A DNA stretch of 64,000 bases, from NCBI GenBank assembly GCA_964016885.1, contig OZ024754.1:25358001-25422000 (forward strand), given 5' to 3'. This stretch comes from Eledone cirrhosa (lineage: Eukaryota). The position numbers and the translations under genes are program-made. Of this stretch, positions 30,907-44,046 are shown one piece after another (position 1 is the first letter of the stretch; the number at the start of each line of letters is the position of its first letter). The notes under the pieces were generated by a model, which saw nothing but the letters and a program-made list of their open reading frames with translations, had not been told where the DNA came from and searched no databases.

Positions 30907-30983
<77 letters not shown>

Positions 30984-31421
30984 GCTACTGTACGTCTGTA
31001 TGCATATATGTATGTACGTATACACACATACTTACATTTAAGTAAGTGCCGTACTAAGAGTGAGAAATGAATTTTCATTTCATTCTACTCCATTTTATCG
31101 TTTTTTGGTGCGCCTGGCCAACTGAACTCACTCGATATGCAAATTAGGCTGCTCAGTCGTTAATTTTCATAAGGAAAGTATATACTTTCGAACGTTCAAC
31201 CATCTGGCAGAAGGGTATACAGTGCTGACGATAGCTAACAAGCTTGAAACTAGTACATCGTTCCTGTGTCAGTGTTGAACAAAAAGGTGACGCGGTTGCC
31301 TTAACACCGTACGGCATAAACCAGGCTGTCCGTTTGTTTACAAACGGACAAAGCGAGCATTATAATAAATGTGCGTTAAACTGATACGTAATATATATAT
31401 GTGTGCCTGTATATATATATA

Positions 31422-31482
<61 letters not shown>

Positions 31483-31905
31483 GCTACTGTACGTCTATAT
31501 GCATATATGTATGTACGTATACATACATACTTACATTTAAGTCAGTGCCAGACTAAGAGTGAGAAATTTCATTTCATTTCATCCTATTCCATTTTATCGT
31601 TTTCGGTACGCCTGGCCGATTAAACTCACTCGATATGCAAATTAGGCTGCTCAGCCGTTAATTTTCATAAGGAAAGTATATACTTTCGAACGTTCAACCA
31701 TCTGGCAGAAGGTTATACGGTGCTGACGATAGCTAACAAGCTTGAAACTAGTACATCGTTCCTGTGTCAACGTTGAACAAAAAGGTGACGTGGTTGCCTT
31801 AACACCGTACGATATAATACAGGCTGTCCGTTTGCTTACAAACGGACAAAGCGAGCATTATAATAAATGTTTGCTAAACTGATATGTACATATATATATG
31901 TGTGC

Positions 31906-31975
<70 letters not shown>

Positions 31976-32405
31976 GCTACTGTACGTCTGTATGCATATA
32001 TGTATGTACGTATACACACATACTTACATTTAAGTAAGTGCCGTACTAAGAGTGAGAAATGAATTTTCATTTCATTCTACTCCATTTTATCGTTTTTGGT
32101 GCGCCTGGCCAACTGAACTCACTCGATATGCAAATTAGGCTGCTCAGTCGTTAATTTTCATAAGGAAAGTATATACTTTCGAACGTTCAACCATCTGGCA
32201 GAAGGGTATACGGTGCTGACGATAGCTAACAAGCTTGAAACTAGTACATCGTAACTGTGTCAGTGTTGAACAAAAAGGTGACGTGGTTACCTTAACACCG
32301 TACGGCATAAATCAAGCTGTACGTTTGTTTACAAACGGACAAAGCGAGCATTATAATAAATGTTCGCTAAACTGATACTTACATATATATATATATGTGT
32401 CCCTG

Positions 32406-32517
<112 letters not shown>

Positions 32518-33853
32518 GCTACTGTACGTATGTATGCATATATGCATGTACGTATACATACATACTTACATTTAAGTAAGTGCCGTACAAAGAGTGAGAA
32601 ATGAAATTTCATTTCATTCTATTCCATTTTATCGTTTTCGAGGCGCCTGGCCGACTGAACTCACTCGATATGCAAATTAGGCTGCTCAGCCGTTAATTTT
32701 CATAAGGAAAGTATATACTTTCGAACGTTCAACCATCTGGCAGAAGGGTATACGGTGCTGAGGATAGCTAACAAGCTTGAAACTAGTACACCGTTCCTGT
32801 GTCAGTGTTGAACAAAAAGTTGACGTGGTTGCCTTAACACCGTACGGCATAAATCAGGCTGTCCGTTTGTTTACAAAAGGACAAAGCGAGCATTATAATA
32901 AATGTTTGCTAATCTGATACGTACATATATATATGTGTGCCTTTATGTATATATATATATATATATACATGCTACTGTACGTCTGTATGCATATATGTAT
33001 GTACGTATACATACATACTTACATTTAAGTAAGTGCCGTACAAAGAGTGAGAAATGAAATTTCATTTCATTCTATTCCATTTTATCGTTTTCAGTGCGCC
33101 TGACCGACTGAACTCACTCGATATGCAAATTAGGCTGCTCAGCCGTTAATTTTCATAAGGAAAGTATATACTTTCGAACGTTCAACCATCTGGCAGAAGG
33201 GTATACGGTGCTGACGATAGCTAACAAGCTTGAAACTAGTACATCGTTCCTGTGTCAGTGTGGAACAAAAATGTGGCCTCGTTGCCTTAACACCGTACGG
33301 CATAAATAAGGCTGTCCATTTGTTTACAAACGGACAAAGCGAGCATTATAATAAATTTTCGCTAAACTGATACGTACATATATATATGTGTGCCTGTATG
33401 TATATATATATACATGCTACTGTACGTCTGTATACATATATGTATTTACGTATACATACAAACTTACATTTAAGTAAGTGCCGTGCTAAGAGTGAGAAAT
33501 GAAATTTCATTTTATTCTATTACATTTTATCGTTTTCCATGCGCCTGGGCGCCTGAACTCACTCGATATGCAAATTAGGCTGCTCAGCCGTTAATTTTCA
33601 TAAGGAAAGTATACACTTTCGAACGTTCAACCATCTGGCAGAAGGTTATACGGTGCTGATGATAGCTAACAAGCTTGAAACTTGTACATCGTTCCTGTGT
33701 CAGTGTTGAACAAAAAGGTGACGTGGTAGCCTTAACACCGTACGGTATAAATCAGGCTGTCCGTTTGTTTACAAACGGACAAAGCGAGCATTATAATAAA
33801 TGTTCGCTAAACTGATGCGTACATATATATATGTGTGCCTGTATGTATGTATG

Positions 33854-33944
<91 letters not shown>

Positions 33945-34484
33945 GCTACTGTACGTCTGTATGCATATATGTATGTACGTATACATACATACTTACATTT
34001 AAGTAAGTGCCGTACTAAGAGTGAGAAAGGAAATTTCATTTCATTCTATTGCATTTTATCGTTTTCGGTGCGCCTGGCCGACTGAACTCATTCGATATGC
34101 AAATTAGGCTGCTCATCCGTTAATTTTCATAAGGAAAGTATATACTTTCGAACGTTCAACTATCTGGCAGAAGGGTATACGGTGCTGACGATAGCTAACA
34201 AGCTTGAAACTAGTATATCGTTCCTGTGTCTGTGTTGAACAAAAAGGTGACGTGGTTGCCTTAACACCGTACGGCATAAATCAGGCCGTCCGTTTCTTTA
34301 CAAACGGACGAAGCGAATATTATAATAAATGTTCGCTAAACTGATACGTACATATATATAGATGTGTGCCTGTATGTATATATATATATATAACGAAGGA
34401 AATGTGGTAAGGAACCAGGTGGACCGTAACGCACCAAAGTACTCAATACTTAGGGTAGTAGAGTGGGTAATAGGAACAAGTAAG

Positions 34485-34578
34485 ACCCCGACGGGTGAGC
34501 TCAAGCCGTTTCGGCGGCTAATTCTGGACTGAATGAAAATTTATTCTGGTATTTAAATAGCCGAGCTTATCAAGGGGT
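34485..34578 (-). ncRNA. Type I hammerhead ribozyme (U3-A8 core variant) in the terminal pLTR of PLE family A
   Basis: The reverse complement reads ACCCC-TTGATAA-G...C-GAAA-CGGCTTGAGCTCACCCG-TC-GGGGT, with one mismatch in helix III. Confidence 0.75.
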
Positions 34579-35745
34579 AATTCCATATATGCTCAAAGAG
34601 ATAATCACCAGGATTGGTCACATTACAAGTTAGTAGTAAATTTGTGATGGCAAATTGGTGGGGGAAGGGGTAGCTAAACCTGCTGGTAGGAGAAAATGTA
34701 GAGGGGGTGGAGTAGACCTATTCATGCGTTGGTAGTGCCGGCTACAGCTGGGCGTGAGGTCAAAGAGGATACTGGGGAGGGGGGAGTCGAAACGGTAAGT
34801 AGAACAATGAAGGGTAAAACTATAAAAAGTACTGAGAGAGAAAAAAAAAGCAAAGTCTGGTTACTAAGACTTAAGTCTCTCTCTATTGCTAGGCTAAAGA
34901 AATACATAAATAAATAAATAAACAAATAAGTGAATAAAAGAATAGACAAATAAATTTTAAAAAAATATATATAATGAAGAATAAAAAAAAATAATAAATA
35001 ATAATAAAAATAAACTAGGTGGGACGGAAATACATGGACCCTTATACGAGGTATAAGTGCGTGTATCGTACGGTGACGGGTCAACAAAGGGGAGCCAATA
35101 TACTAAAGAGACTACCACGAAATAATAAAGGTTTCTGCGCCAATCACAGGGCCAGCAACCACCCAGTGCAAGAAAGTAAACTAGTACGAGAATATAATTC
35201 AGGGTTCCGCAAAAAAATACTAGTGCTAACTCTAAGGTTACCGCCACGAAACAAAAAGTCTTATACAAGCTACATGAAAGATGGTACGAAGTAAAAGTAA
35301 AGAACGGAAAATTAATACAGAAACAATCCCCCCCCTCCCCCCAAAAAGGAAAAAGAAGAAAGAAATACTGGATAAACGAGAAATTAAAGCAAAGATGCCA
35401 CTAAGAAATATAGAAGGCACGGAAAAAAGGAACAGCGGTCGGAGAAGGGGGCAAGTATCCGAAGTCTAACACCTCTGCTATAAAAAGCGGAGTCAGCCAA
35501 ATCTATCATAGAATAGGGGAGGGCGTGGGGTGCTGAAGCTACAAGGGACCGAGGGGCTACCTCGGGTGGGCGAGAAAAAGACGACGACAAAGAAAAGGAA
35601 CTGGGGTAGAAGGACTAGGGAGGGATGGGGGAAGGAGGAAATATAGAGGAAGCGATAAAAGAATGTAAAAGAAGATCTTACGTCTCCATTGGCAAGCAGG
35701 GGTTACCCATTACAAAATAGGCAAGTGGGGTGTTATAGCCCTAGT

Positions 35746-37889
35746 CTACCCCTCCCTCCGGTCATTATGGGGTTTGAGAGCGAGGTAAGTCCTACGTAAT
35801 CGGTGTTTACATACAACAACCAGTTCATCTTTCTTGTTTAGGAGTTGGTCCGTCGAAAACAACATTTGTAAAGTTTCCTCCGAGCATAAATTGCACGGAC
35901 GGCGTCCTCCCGTGTAAGAGTTGGCTCTGGACAGTAATTTCCAAGTGAGATCATAGTTGATGTTGTTGTCCTTGAGGTCCCTTTTGTGGCCCGAAAGTGT
36001 AGTGGCGTGACGCCGGGCCGGGTTTCGGAAGGTATGTCTGTGTTGGTATAGCCGGGTCTTGAAGTCACATGCGGTTAATCCTATATAAGCTTTGTTGGAG
36101 GTGTCCGTGCTCACGTTGCACTGGTAGATCACATTACGGTCTCTGCATCTGTTGTCGAGGGGGTAACTGGATCTATCAGGACAGTTGCACCTCCTGGTCG
36201 GCTCTCCACTGCTATTTAGGTTGTTTCTTCCATAGGGGTTGAGGTTTTTGTTGTTGGAGGAGACGATGTTTTGTGCGAAGTTAGGTGTAGTGTTGTAAGA
36301 GAGTTTGATGGTATTTTTGTTAATTATATTGTGGTAGCGGTGTTGTGGTGGGAAGTGTTTTTCAATGAGCCTAAAGAAAATTTTCCCGATGGGAGTTGTC
36401 ACCTCGGCGTTGTGGGGAGGATTGAACCATGTTACATTGCGTGAGCGGCGGTGTCGCCTGCTGGTTCCGCTAATGGGAGCTGGACAGTAGGATATTTCCT
36501 CCCGGAAACCACTCCGCTTGAGGGCCTGGTTGTAGTAAGGCGCATGTTCATCGAATATCTTCTCATTAGCCGACAAACGGGATATGCGGAGGGAGATGTT
36601 TTTGACCAGGTTGTTGGTGATGTTCCTAGGATGGTTAGATCGGCGGTGGATGTAGTGCAGGTTGTCATTGGGTTTCCTGTATGGGTAGTACAGGTCATTA
36701 TTCAGATCGAGGGTAACGTCCAGGAAATTAACTCGGGTCAGGGACGTTTGTAGGGTTTATTTTAAATCCCCAGTCGCGGAAGAAGCTGATTAATTGTTTA
36801 TGGACCCGATATGTACTACTGGGGTTGTACCCTTTAAGGGTAAGGAGCCCATCATCACGGTACAATCCACCACCGAAAGCAGGAAACATATCGGTGAGTT
36901 TGGCTATTAGGAATAATCCTATAATATCTGTGACCTCCGCCGAATCCGTAGCGCCCATGCTGACGTCGAAGGGTGAGTCGGGAGCTCTTTTTATCCATTT
37001 GGAGTTGTCAAAGAGTAAGACTGTCTTCCTGGCGTGGAGGATGATTTTCCTTTCCTGGTCGGTGATGGGCACAAGTGTTTCGGCGAAGTCCAAGGCGGCA
37101 GTAAGTAGCGGTAAGGTGATTGAAGCATAGTAGCTCTCTATGTCGAACTAGATAAATTTAGTGTCTCGTTTATCCTCCATATTGCTGAACCATGAGATAA
37201 CTTCCTAGGCTAAGTCGGGCGTGTTGCTTGACTTTTGGTATCATGCGGTCTAGGATTTTTTTGCTGATTCTCCCGATGTCGGACTTCGTTGGGTTTATAA
37301 GCCTGATAGATGGTTTACGGTCGAAATCGGATTTGTGGTCCTTCAGTCTGAAGTAGGGTGTCCGCGGGTCTAGGGGTTCGGTGCGGTCGGCGACCCCGAG
37401 GCTGGAGGTAATTTGTTGTCCATCTCGATTAATGTCCTCGATGCATGAGTGGTTAGCCTTTTTATAGGTGGAGTTTAGTCTGCTCCTGATCAGTGTATGG
37501 TATCTGTCGGGGTTGACAAATTATAGGTTCCCAGTTTTATCCGAATGCACCATGATGTCATTGGTGTTATCATAATCTGTTAAGTTGCTACGGAGTTTTT
37601 GTAGGAATCGGTTGTGTCTGGGTTTGAATTTAAGGTTCTTGACCAGTTGGAAGACGTCATTCTCGAAGGGTGAGAGCAAAGGGTTCGGGGGGGGGGGATT
37701 TGTAGGTAATAAATCCGAATCTCTCCTTGGTACCGTAGTCCTGATTGTCGCAAAATCTGTCGTAGAAAAAAGTTCTCCATCTAAGTCTTTTCGCAAATAG
37801 ATCGATTTTTTGCGTGAGCATCCGAAGGTAAAGTTTTTTCGGTGGGATTGGGATGTTCTTGGTAGAGAAGTCGTGTTGTGTTTTCGCAT
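35746..37889 (-). pseudogene. PLE family A RT + GIY-YIG endonuclease, disrupted
   Basis: Fragments contain SMGA, GLYRDDGL, WFNPP and VIYQC...YIG. Relative to the + strand copy it has a frameshift at ~36755, a TAG in IQFD at ~37148, a 14-bp deletion at ~37205, a shared TAA at 37521 and frameshifts near the N-terminus. Confidence 0.92.
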
Positions 37890-38074
37890 GGTGCGGGTGA
37901 AAGAAATTGAGCTTAGCGGAAAAGTCTGGATACGGCGTGGTAGGGTCGGAAAGTGCTCTACTACGGGGATAGGAGCTAGATAACGAAGGAAATGTGGTAA
38001 GGAACCAGGTGGACCGTAACGCACCAAAGTAATCAATACTTAGGGTAGTAGAGTGGGTAATAAGAACAAGTAAG

Positions 38075-38145
38075 ACCTCGACGGCTGATTCTGGACTGAA
38101 TGAAAATTTATTCTGGTATTTAATTAGCCGAGCTTATCAAGGGGT
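38075..38145 (-). ncRNA. Inactivated copy of the family A hammerhead (23-nt deletion removing GAAA)
   Basis: ACGGCTG|ATTCTGGAC here versus ACGGCTGAGCTCAAGCCGTTTCGACGGCTAATTCTGGAC at ~41650. Length is 71 nt versus 94 nt. Confidence 0.75.
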
Positions 38146-39312
38146 AATTCCATATATGGTCAAAGAGATAATCACCAGGATTGGTCACATCACAAGTTAG
38201 TAGTAAATCTGTGATGGCAAATTGGTGGAGGAAGGGGTAGCTAAACCTGCCGGTAGGACAAAAAGGGAGAAGGGGTGGAGTAGACCTATTCATGCGTTGG
38301 TAGTGCCGGCTACAGCTGGGCGTGAGGTCAAAGAGGATACTGGGGAGGGGGGAGTCGAAACGGTAAGTAGAACAATGAAGGGTAAAACTATAAAAAGTAC
38401 TGAGAGAGAAAATAAAATAAGCAAAGTCTGGTTACTAAGACTTAAGTCTCTCTCTATTGCTAGGCTAAAGAAATGCATAAATAAATAAATAAACAAATAA
38501 GTGAATAAAAGAATAGACAAATAAATTAAAAAAAATATATATATAATGAAGAATAAAAAAAAAAAATAAATAATAATAAAAATAAACTAGGTGGGACGGA
38601 AATAAAGGGACCCTTATACGAAGTATAAGTGCGTGTATAGTACGGTGACGGGTCAACAAAGGGGGGCCAAAATACTAAAGAGACTACCACGAAATAATAA
38701 AGGTTTCTACCCCAATCACAGGGACAGCAACCACCCAGTGCAAGAAAGTAAACTAGTACGAGAATATAATTCAGGGTCCCGCAAAAAAATACTAGTGCTA
38801 ACTCTAAGGTTACCGCCACGAAACAAAAAGTCTTATACAAGCTACATGAAAGATCGTACGAAGTAAAGAACGGAAAATTAACACAGAAACAGCCCCCCCC
38901 CCCCAAATAAAAAGGGAAAAAGAAGAAGGAAATACTGGATAAACGAGAAATTAAAGCAAAGATGCCACTAAGAAATATAGAAGGCACGGAAAAAAGGGAC
39001 AGCGGTCGGAGAAGGGGGCAAGTATCCGAAGTCTAGCACCTCTGCTATAAAAAGCGGAGTCAGCCAAATCTATCATAGAATAGGGGAGGGCGTGGGGTGC
39101 TGAAGCTACAAGGGACCGAGGGGCTACCTCGGGTGGGCGAGAAAAAGACGACGACAAAGAAAAGGAACTGGGGTAGAAGGACTAGGGAGGGATGGGGGAA
39201 GGAGGAAATATAGAGGAAGCGATAAAAGAATGTAAAAGAAGATCTTACGTCTCCATTGGCAAGCAGGGGTTACCCATTACAAAATAGGCAAGTGGGGTGT
39301 TATAGCCCTAGT

Positions 39313-41457
39313 CTACCCCTCCCCCCGGTCATTATGGGGTTTGAGAGCGAGGTAAGTCCTACGTAATCGGTGTTTACATACAACAACCAGTTCATCTTTC
39401 TTGTTTAGGAGTTGGTCCGTCGAAAACAACATTTGTAAAGTTTCCTCCGAGCATAAATTGCACGGACGGCGTCCTCCCGTGTAAGAGTTGGCTCTGGACA
39501 GTAATTTCCAAGTGAGATCATAGTTGATGTTGTTGTCCTTGAGGTCCCTTTTGTGGCCCGAAAGTGTAGTGGCGTGACGCCGGGCCGGGTTTCGGAAGGT
39601 ATGTCTGTGTTGGTATAGCCGGGTCTTGAAGTCACATGCGGTTAATCCTATATAAGCTTTGTTGGAGGTGTCCGTGCTCACGTTGCACTGGTAGATCACA
39701 TTACGGTCTCTGCATCTGTTGTCGAGGGGGTAACTGGATCTATCAGGACAGTTGCACCTCCTGGTCGGCTCTCCACTGCTATTTAGGTTGTTTCTTCCAT
39801 AGGGGTTGAGGTTTTTGTTGTTGGAGGAGACGATGTTTTGTGCGAAGTTAGGTGTAGTGTTGTAAGAGAGTTTGATGGTATTTTTGTTAATTATATTGTG
39901 GTAGCGGTGTTGTGGTGGGAAGTGTTTTTCAATGAGCCTAAAGAAAATTTTCCCGATGGGAGTTGTCACCTCGGCGTTGTGGGGAGGATTGAACCATGTT
40001 ACATTGCGTGAGCGGCGGTGTCGCCTGCTGGTTCCGCTAATGGGAGCTGGACAGTAGGATATTTCCTCCCGGAAACCACTCCGCTTGAGGGCCTGGTTGT
40101 AGTAAGGCGCATGTTCATCGAATATCTTCTCATTAGCCGACAAACGGGATATGCGGAGGGAGATGTTTTTGACCAGGTTGTTGGTGATGTTCCTAGGATG
40201 GTTAGATCGGCGGTGGATGTAGTGCAGGTTGTCATTGGGTTTCCTGTATGGGTAGTACAGGTCATTATTCAGATCGAGGGTAACGTCCAGGAAATTAACT
40301 CGGGTCAGGGACGTTTGTAGGGTTTATTTTAAATCCCCAGTCGCGGAAGAAGCTGATTAATTGTTTATGGACCCGATATGTACTACTGGGGTTGTACCCT
40401 TTAAGGGTAAGGAGCCCATCATCACGGTACAATCCACCACCGAAAGCAGGAAACATATCGGTGAGTTTGGCTATTAGGAATAATCCTATAATATCTGTGA
40501 CCTCCGCCGAATCCGTAGCGCCCATGCTGACGTCGAAGGGTGAGTCGGGAGCTCTTTTTATCCATTTGGAGTTGTCAAAGAGTAAGACTGTCTTCCTGGC
40601 GTGGAGGATGATTTTCCTTTCCTGGTCGGTGATGGGCACAAGTGTTTCGGCGAAGTCCAAGGCGGCAGTAAGTAGCGGTAAGGTGATTGAAGCATAGTAG
40701 CTCTCTATGTCGAACTAGATAAATTTAGTGTCTCGTTTATCCTCCATATTGCTGAACCATGAGATAACTTCCTAGGCTAAGTCGGGCGTGTTGCTTGACT
40801 TTTGGTATCATGCGGTCTAGGATTTTTTTGCTGATTCTCCCGATGTCGGACTTCGTTGGGTTTATAAGCCTGATAGATGGTTTACGGTCGAAATCGGATT
40901 TGTGGTCCTTCAGTCTGAAGTAGGGTGTCCGCGGGTCTAGGGGTTCGGTGCGGTCGGCGACCCCGAGGCTGGAGGTAATTTGTTGTCCATCTCGATTAAT
41001 GTCCTCGATGCATGAGTGGTTAGCCTTTTTATAGGTGGAGTTTAGGCTGCTCCTGATCAGTGTATGGTATCTGTCGGGGTTGACAAATTATAGGTTCCCA
41101 GTTTTATCCGAATGCACCATGATGTCATTGGTGTTATCATAATCTGTTAAGTTGCTACGGAGTTTTTGTGGGAATCGGTTGTGTCTGGGTTTGAATTTAA
41201 GGTTCTTGACCAGTTGGAAGACGTCATTCTCGAAGGGTGAGAGCAAAGGGTTCGGGGGGGGGGGGATTTGTAAGTAATAAATCCGAATCTCTCCTTGGTA
41301 CCGAAGTCCTGATTGTCGCAAAATCTGTCGTAGAAAAAAGTTCTCCATCTAAGTCTTTTCGCAAATAGATCGATTTTTTGCGTGAGCATCCGAAGGTAAA
41401 GTTTTTTCGGTGGGATTGGGATGTTCTTGGTAGAGAAGTCGTGTTGTGTTTTCGCAT
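39313..41457 (-). pseudogene. PLE family A RT + GIY-YIG endonuclease, disrupted (second tandem copy)
   Basis: Carries the same motifs and the same lesions as the 35746-37889 copy. Confidence 0.92.
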
Positions 41458-41642
41458 GGTGCGGGTGAAAGAAATTGAGCTTAGCGGAAAAGTCTGGATA
41501 CGGCGTGGTAGGGTCGGAAAGTGCTCTACTACGGGGATAGGAGCTAGATAACGAAGGAAATGTGGTAAGGAACCAGGTGGACCGTAACGCACCAAAGTAA
41601 TCAATACTTAGGGTAGTAGAGTGGGTAATAAGAACAAGTAAG

Positions 41643-41736
41643 ACCTCGACGGCTGAGCTCAAGCCGTTTCGACGGCTAATTCTGGACTGAATGAAAATTT
41701 ATTCTGGTATTTAATTAGCCGAGCTTATCAAGGGGT
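41643..41736 (-). ncRNA. Type I hammerhead ribozyme (U3-A8 variant), family A pLTR
   Basis: Core and helices II and III are intact. Helix I ACCCC/GAGGT has one mismatch. Confidence 0.68.
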
Positions 41737-42902
41737 AATTCCATATATGGTCAAAGAGATAATCACCAGGATTGGTCACATCACAAGTTAGTAGTAAATC
41801 TGTGATGGCAAATTGGTGGAGGAAGGGGTAGCTAAACCTGCCGGTAGGACAAAAAGGGAGAAGGGGTGGAGTAGACTTATTCATGCGTTGGTAGTGCCGG
41901 CTACAGCTGGGCGTGAGGTCAAAGAGGATACTGGGGAGGGGGGAGTCGAAACGGTAAGTAGAACAATGAAGGGTAAAACTATAAAAAGTACTGAGAGAGA
42001 AAAAAAAATAAGCAAAGTCTGGTTACTAAGACTTAAGTCTCTCTCTATTGCTAGGCTAAAGAAATGCATAAATAAATAAATAAACAAATAAGTGAATAAA
42101 AGAATAGACAAATAAATTTAAAAAAATATATATATAATGAAGAATAAAAAAAAAAAATAAATAATAATAAAAATAAACTAGGTGGGACGGAAATAAAGGG
42201 ACCCTTATACGAAGTATAAGTGCGTGTATCGTACGGTGACGGGTCAACAAAGGGGGGCCAAAATACTAAAGAGACTACCACGAAATAATAAAGGTTTCTA
42301 CCCCAATCACAGGGACAGCAACCACCCAGTGCAAGAAAGTAAACTAGTACGAGAATATAATTCAGGGTCCCGCAAAAAAATACTAGTGCTAACTCTAAGG
42401 TTACCGCCACGAAACAAAAAGTCTTATACAAGCTACATGAAAGATCGTACGAAGTAAAGAACGGAAAATTAACACAGAACCCCCCCCCCCCCCCCAATAA
42501 AAATGGAAAAAGAAGAAGGAAATACTGGATAAACGAGAAATTAAAGCAAAGATGCCACTAAGAAATATAGAAGGCACGGAAAAAAGGGACAACTGTCGGA
42601 GAAGGGGGCAAGTATACGAAGTCTAACACCTCTGCTATAAAAAGCGGAGTCAGCCAAATCTATCATAGAATAGGGGAGGGGGTGGGGTGCTGAAGATACA
42701 AGGGACCGAGGGGCTACCTCGGGTGGGCGAGAAAAAGACGACGACAAAGAAAAGGAACTGGGGTAGAAGGACTAGGGAGGGATGGGGGAAGGAGGAAATA
42801 TAGAGGAAGCGATAAAAGAATGTAAAAGAAGATCTTACGTCTCCATTGGCAAGCAGGGGTTACCCATTACAAAATAGGCAAGTGGGGTGTTATAGCCCTA
42901 AT

Positions 42903-43116
42903 CTACCCCCCCCCGGGTCATTATGGGGTTTGAGGGCGAGGTAAGTCCTACGTAATCGGTGTTTACATGCAGTAACCAGTTCATCTTTCTTGTTTAGGAG
43001 TTGGTCCGTCGAAAACAACATTTGTAAAGTTTCCTCCGAGCATAAATTGCACGGACGGCGTCCTCCCGTGTAAGAGTTGGCTCTGGACAGTAATTTCCAA
43101 GTGAGATCATAGTTGA
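42903..43116 (-). pseudogene. 3' fragment of the family A ORF (end of the endonuclease domain) at the inversion junction
   Basis: Matches the region encoding ...YDLTWKLLSRANSYTGGRRPCNLC...CKHRLRR* and is cut at 43116. Confidence 0.88.
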
Positions 43117-43767
43117 GTTAGCACTAGTATTTTTTTGCGGGACCCTGAATTATATTCTCGTACTAGTTTACTTTCTTGCACTGGGTGGTTGCTGTCCCTG
43201 TGATTGGGGTAGAAACCTTTATTATTTCGTGGTAGTCTCTTTAGTATTTTGGCCCCCCTTTGTTGACCCGTCACCGTACGATACACGCACTTATACCTCG
43301 TATAAGAGTCCCTTTATTTCCGTCCCACCTAGTTTATTTTTATTATTATTATTTATTTTTTTATTCTTCATTATATATATATATTTTTATTTATTTATCT
43401 ATTCTTTTATTCACTTATTTGTTTATTTATTTATTTATGTATTTCTTTAGCCTAGCAATAGAGAGAGACTTAAGTCTTAGTAACCAGACTTTGCTTTTTT
43501 TTTCTCTCTCAGTACTTTTTATAGTTTTTACCCTTCATTGTTCTACTTACCGTTTCGACTCCCCCCTCCCCAGTATCCTCTTTGACCTCACGCCCAGCTG
43601 TAGCCGGCACTACCAACGCATGAATAGGTCTACTCCACCCCTACTCCCTTTTTCTCCTACCGGCAGGTTTAGCTACCCCTTCCCCCACCAATTTGCCATC
43701 ACAGATTTACTACTAACTTGTAATGTGACCAATCCTGGTGATTATCTCTTTGAGCATATATGGAATT

Positions 43768-43861
43768 ACCCCTTGATAAGCTCGGCTATTTAAATACCAG
43801 AATACATTTTCATTCAGTCCAGAATTAGCCGCCGAAACGGCTTGAGCTCAGCCGTCGGGGT
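43768..43861 (+). ncRNA. Type I hammerhead ribozyme, U3-A8 covariant core, best-preserved family A copy
   Basis: ACCCC-TTGATAA(43773-79)-G..CGGCTA..loop..TAGCCG..C-GAAA(43834-37)-CGGCT TGAGCTC AGCCG-TC(43856)-GGGGT. Predicted cleavage is after GUC. Confidence 0.82.
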
Positions 43862-44046
43862 CTTTCTTGTTCCTATTACCCACTCTACTACCCTAAGTAT
43901 TGAGTACTTTGGTGCGTTATGGTCCACCTGGTTCCTTACCACATTTCCTTCGTTATCTAGCTCCTATCCCCGTAGTAGAGCACTTTCCGACCCTACCACG
44001 CCGTATCCAGACTTTTCCGCTAAGCTCAATTTCTTTCACCCGCACC

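Larger units (their letters stand above)
34391..43116 (-). mobile_element. Penelope-like element family A, tandem array (ORF 3' fragment + pLTR + ORF + pLTR + ORF + pLTR), period ~3.57 kb
   Basis: Near-identical ORFs at 35746 and 39313 (offset 3567) and three copies of a ~1.4 kb pyrimidine-rich UTR/pLTR. The 3' end abuts the (TA)n of a satellite monomer at 34390. Confidence 0.93.

Noticed and set aside
34722-35590. Hydrophobic 60-177 aa ORFs in the PLE A UTR/pLTR (also at 38222-39157, 41813-43793 and 46354-46967)
   Set aside because: The sequence is low-complexity and T-rich, and the frames are not conserved between copies because of homopolymer indels.
36451-37130. Antisense and alternate-frame ORFs overlapping PLE RT genes (also at 44821, 47437 and 50076)
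   Set aside because: Shadow ORFs of the real coding strand.
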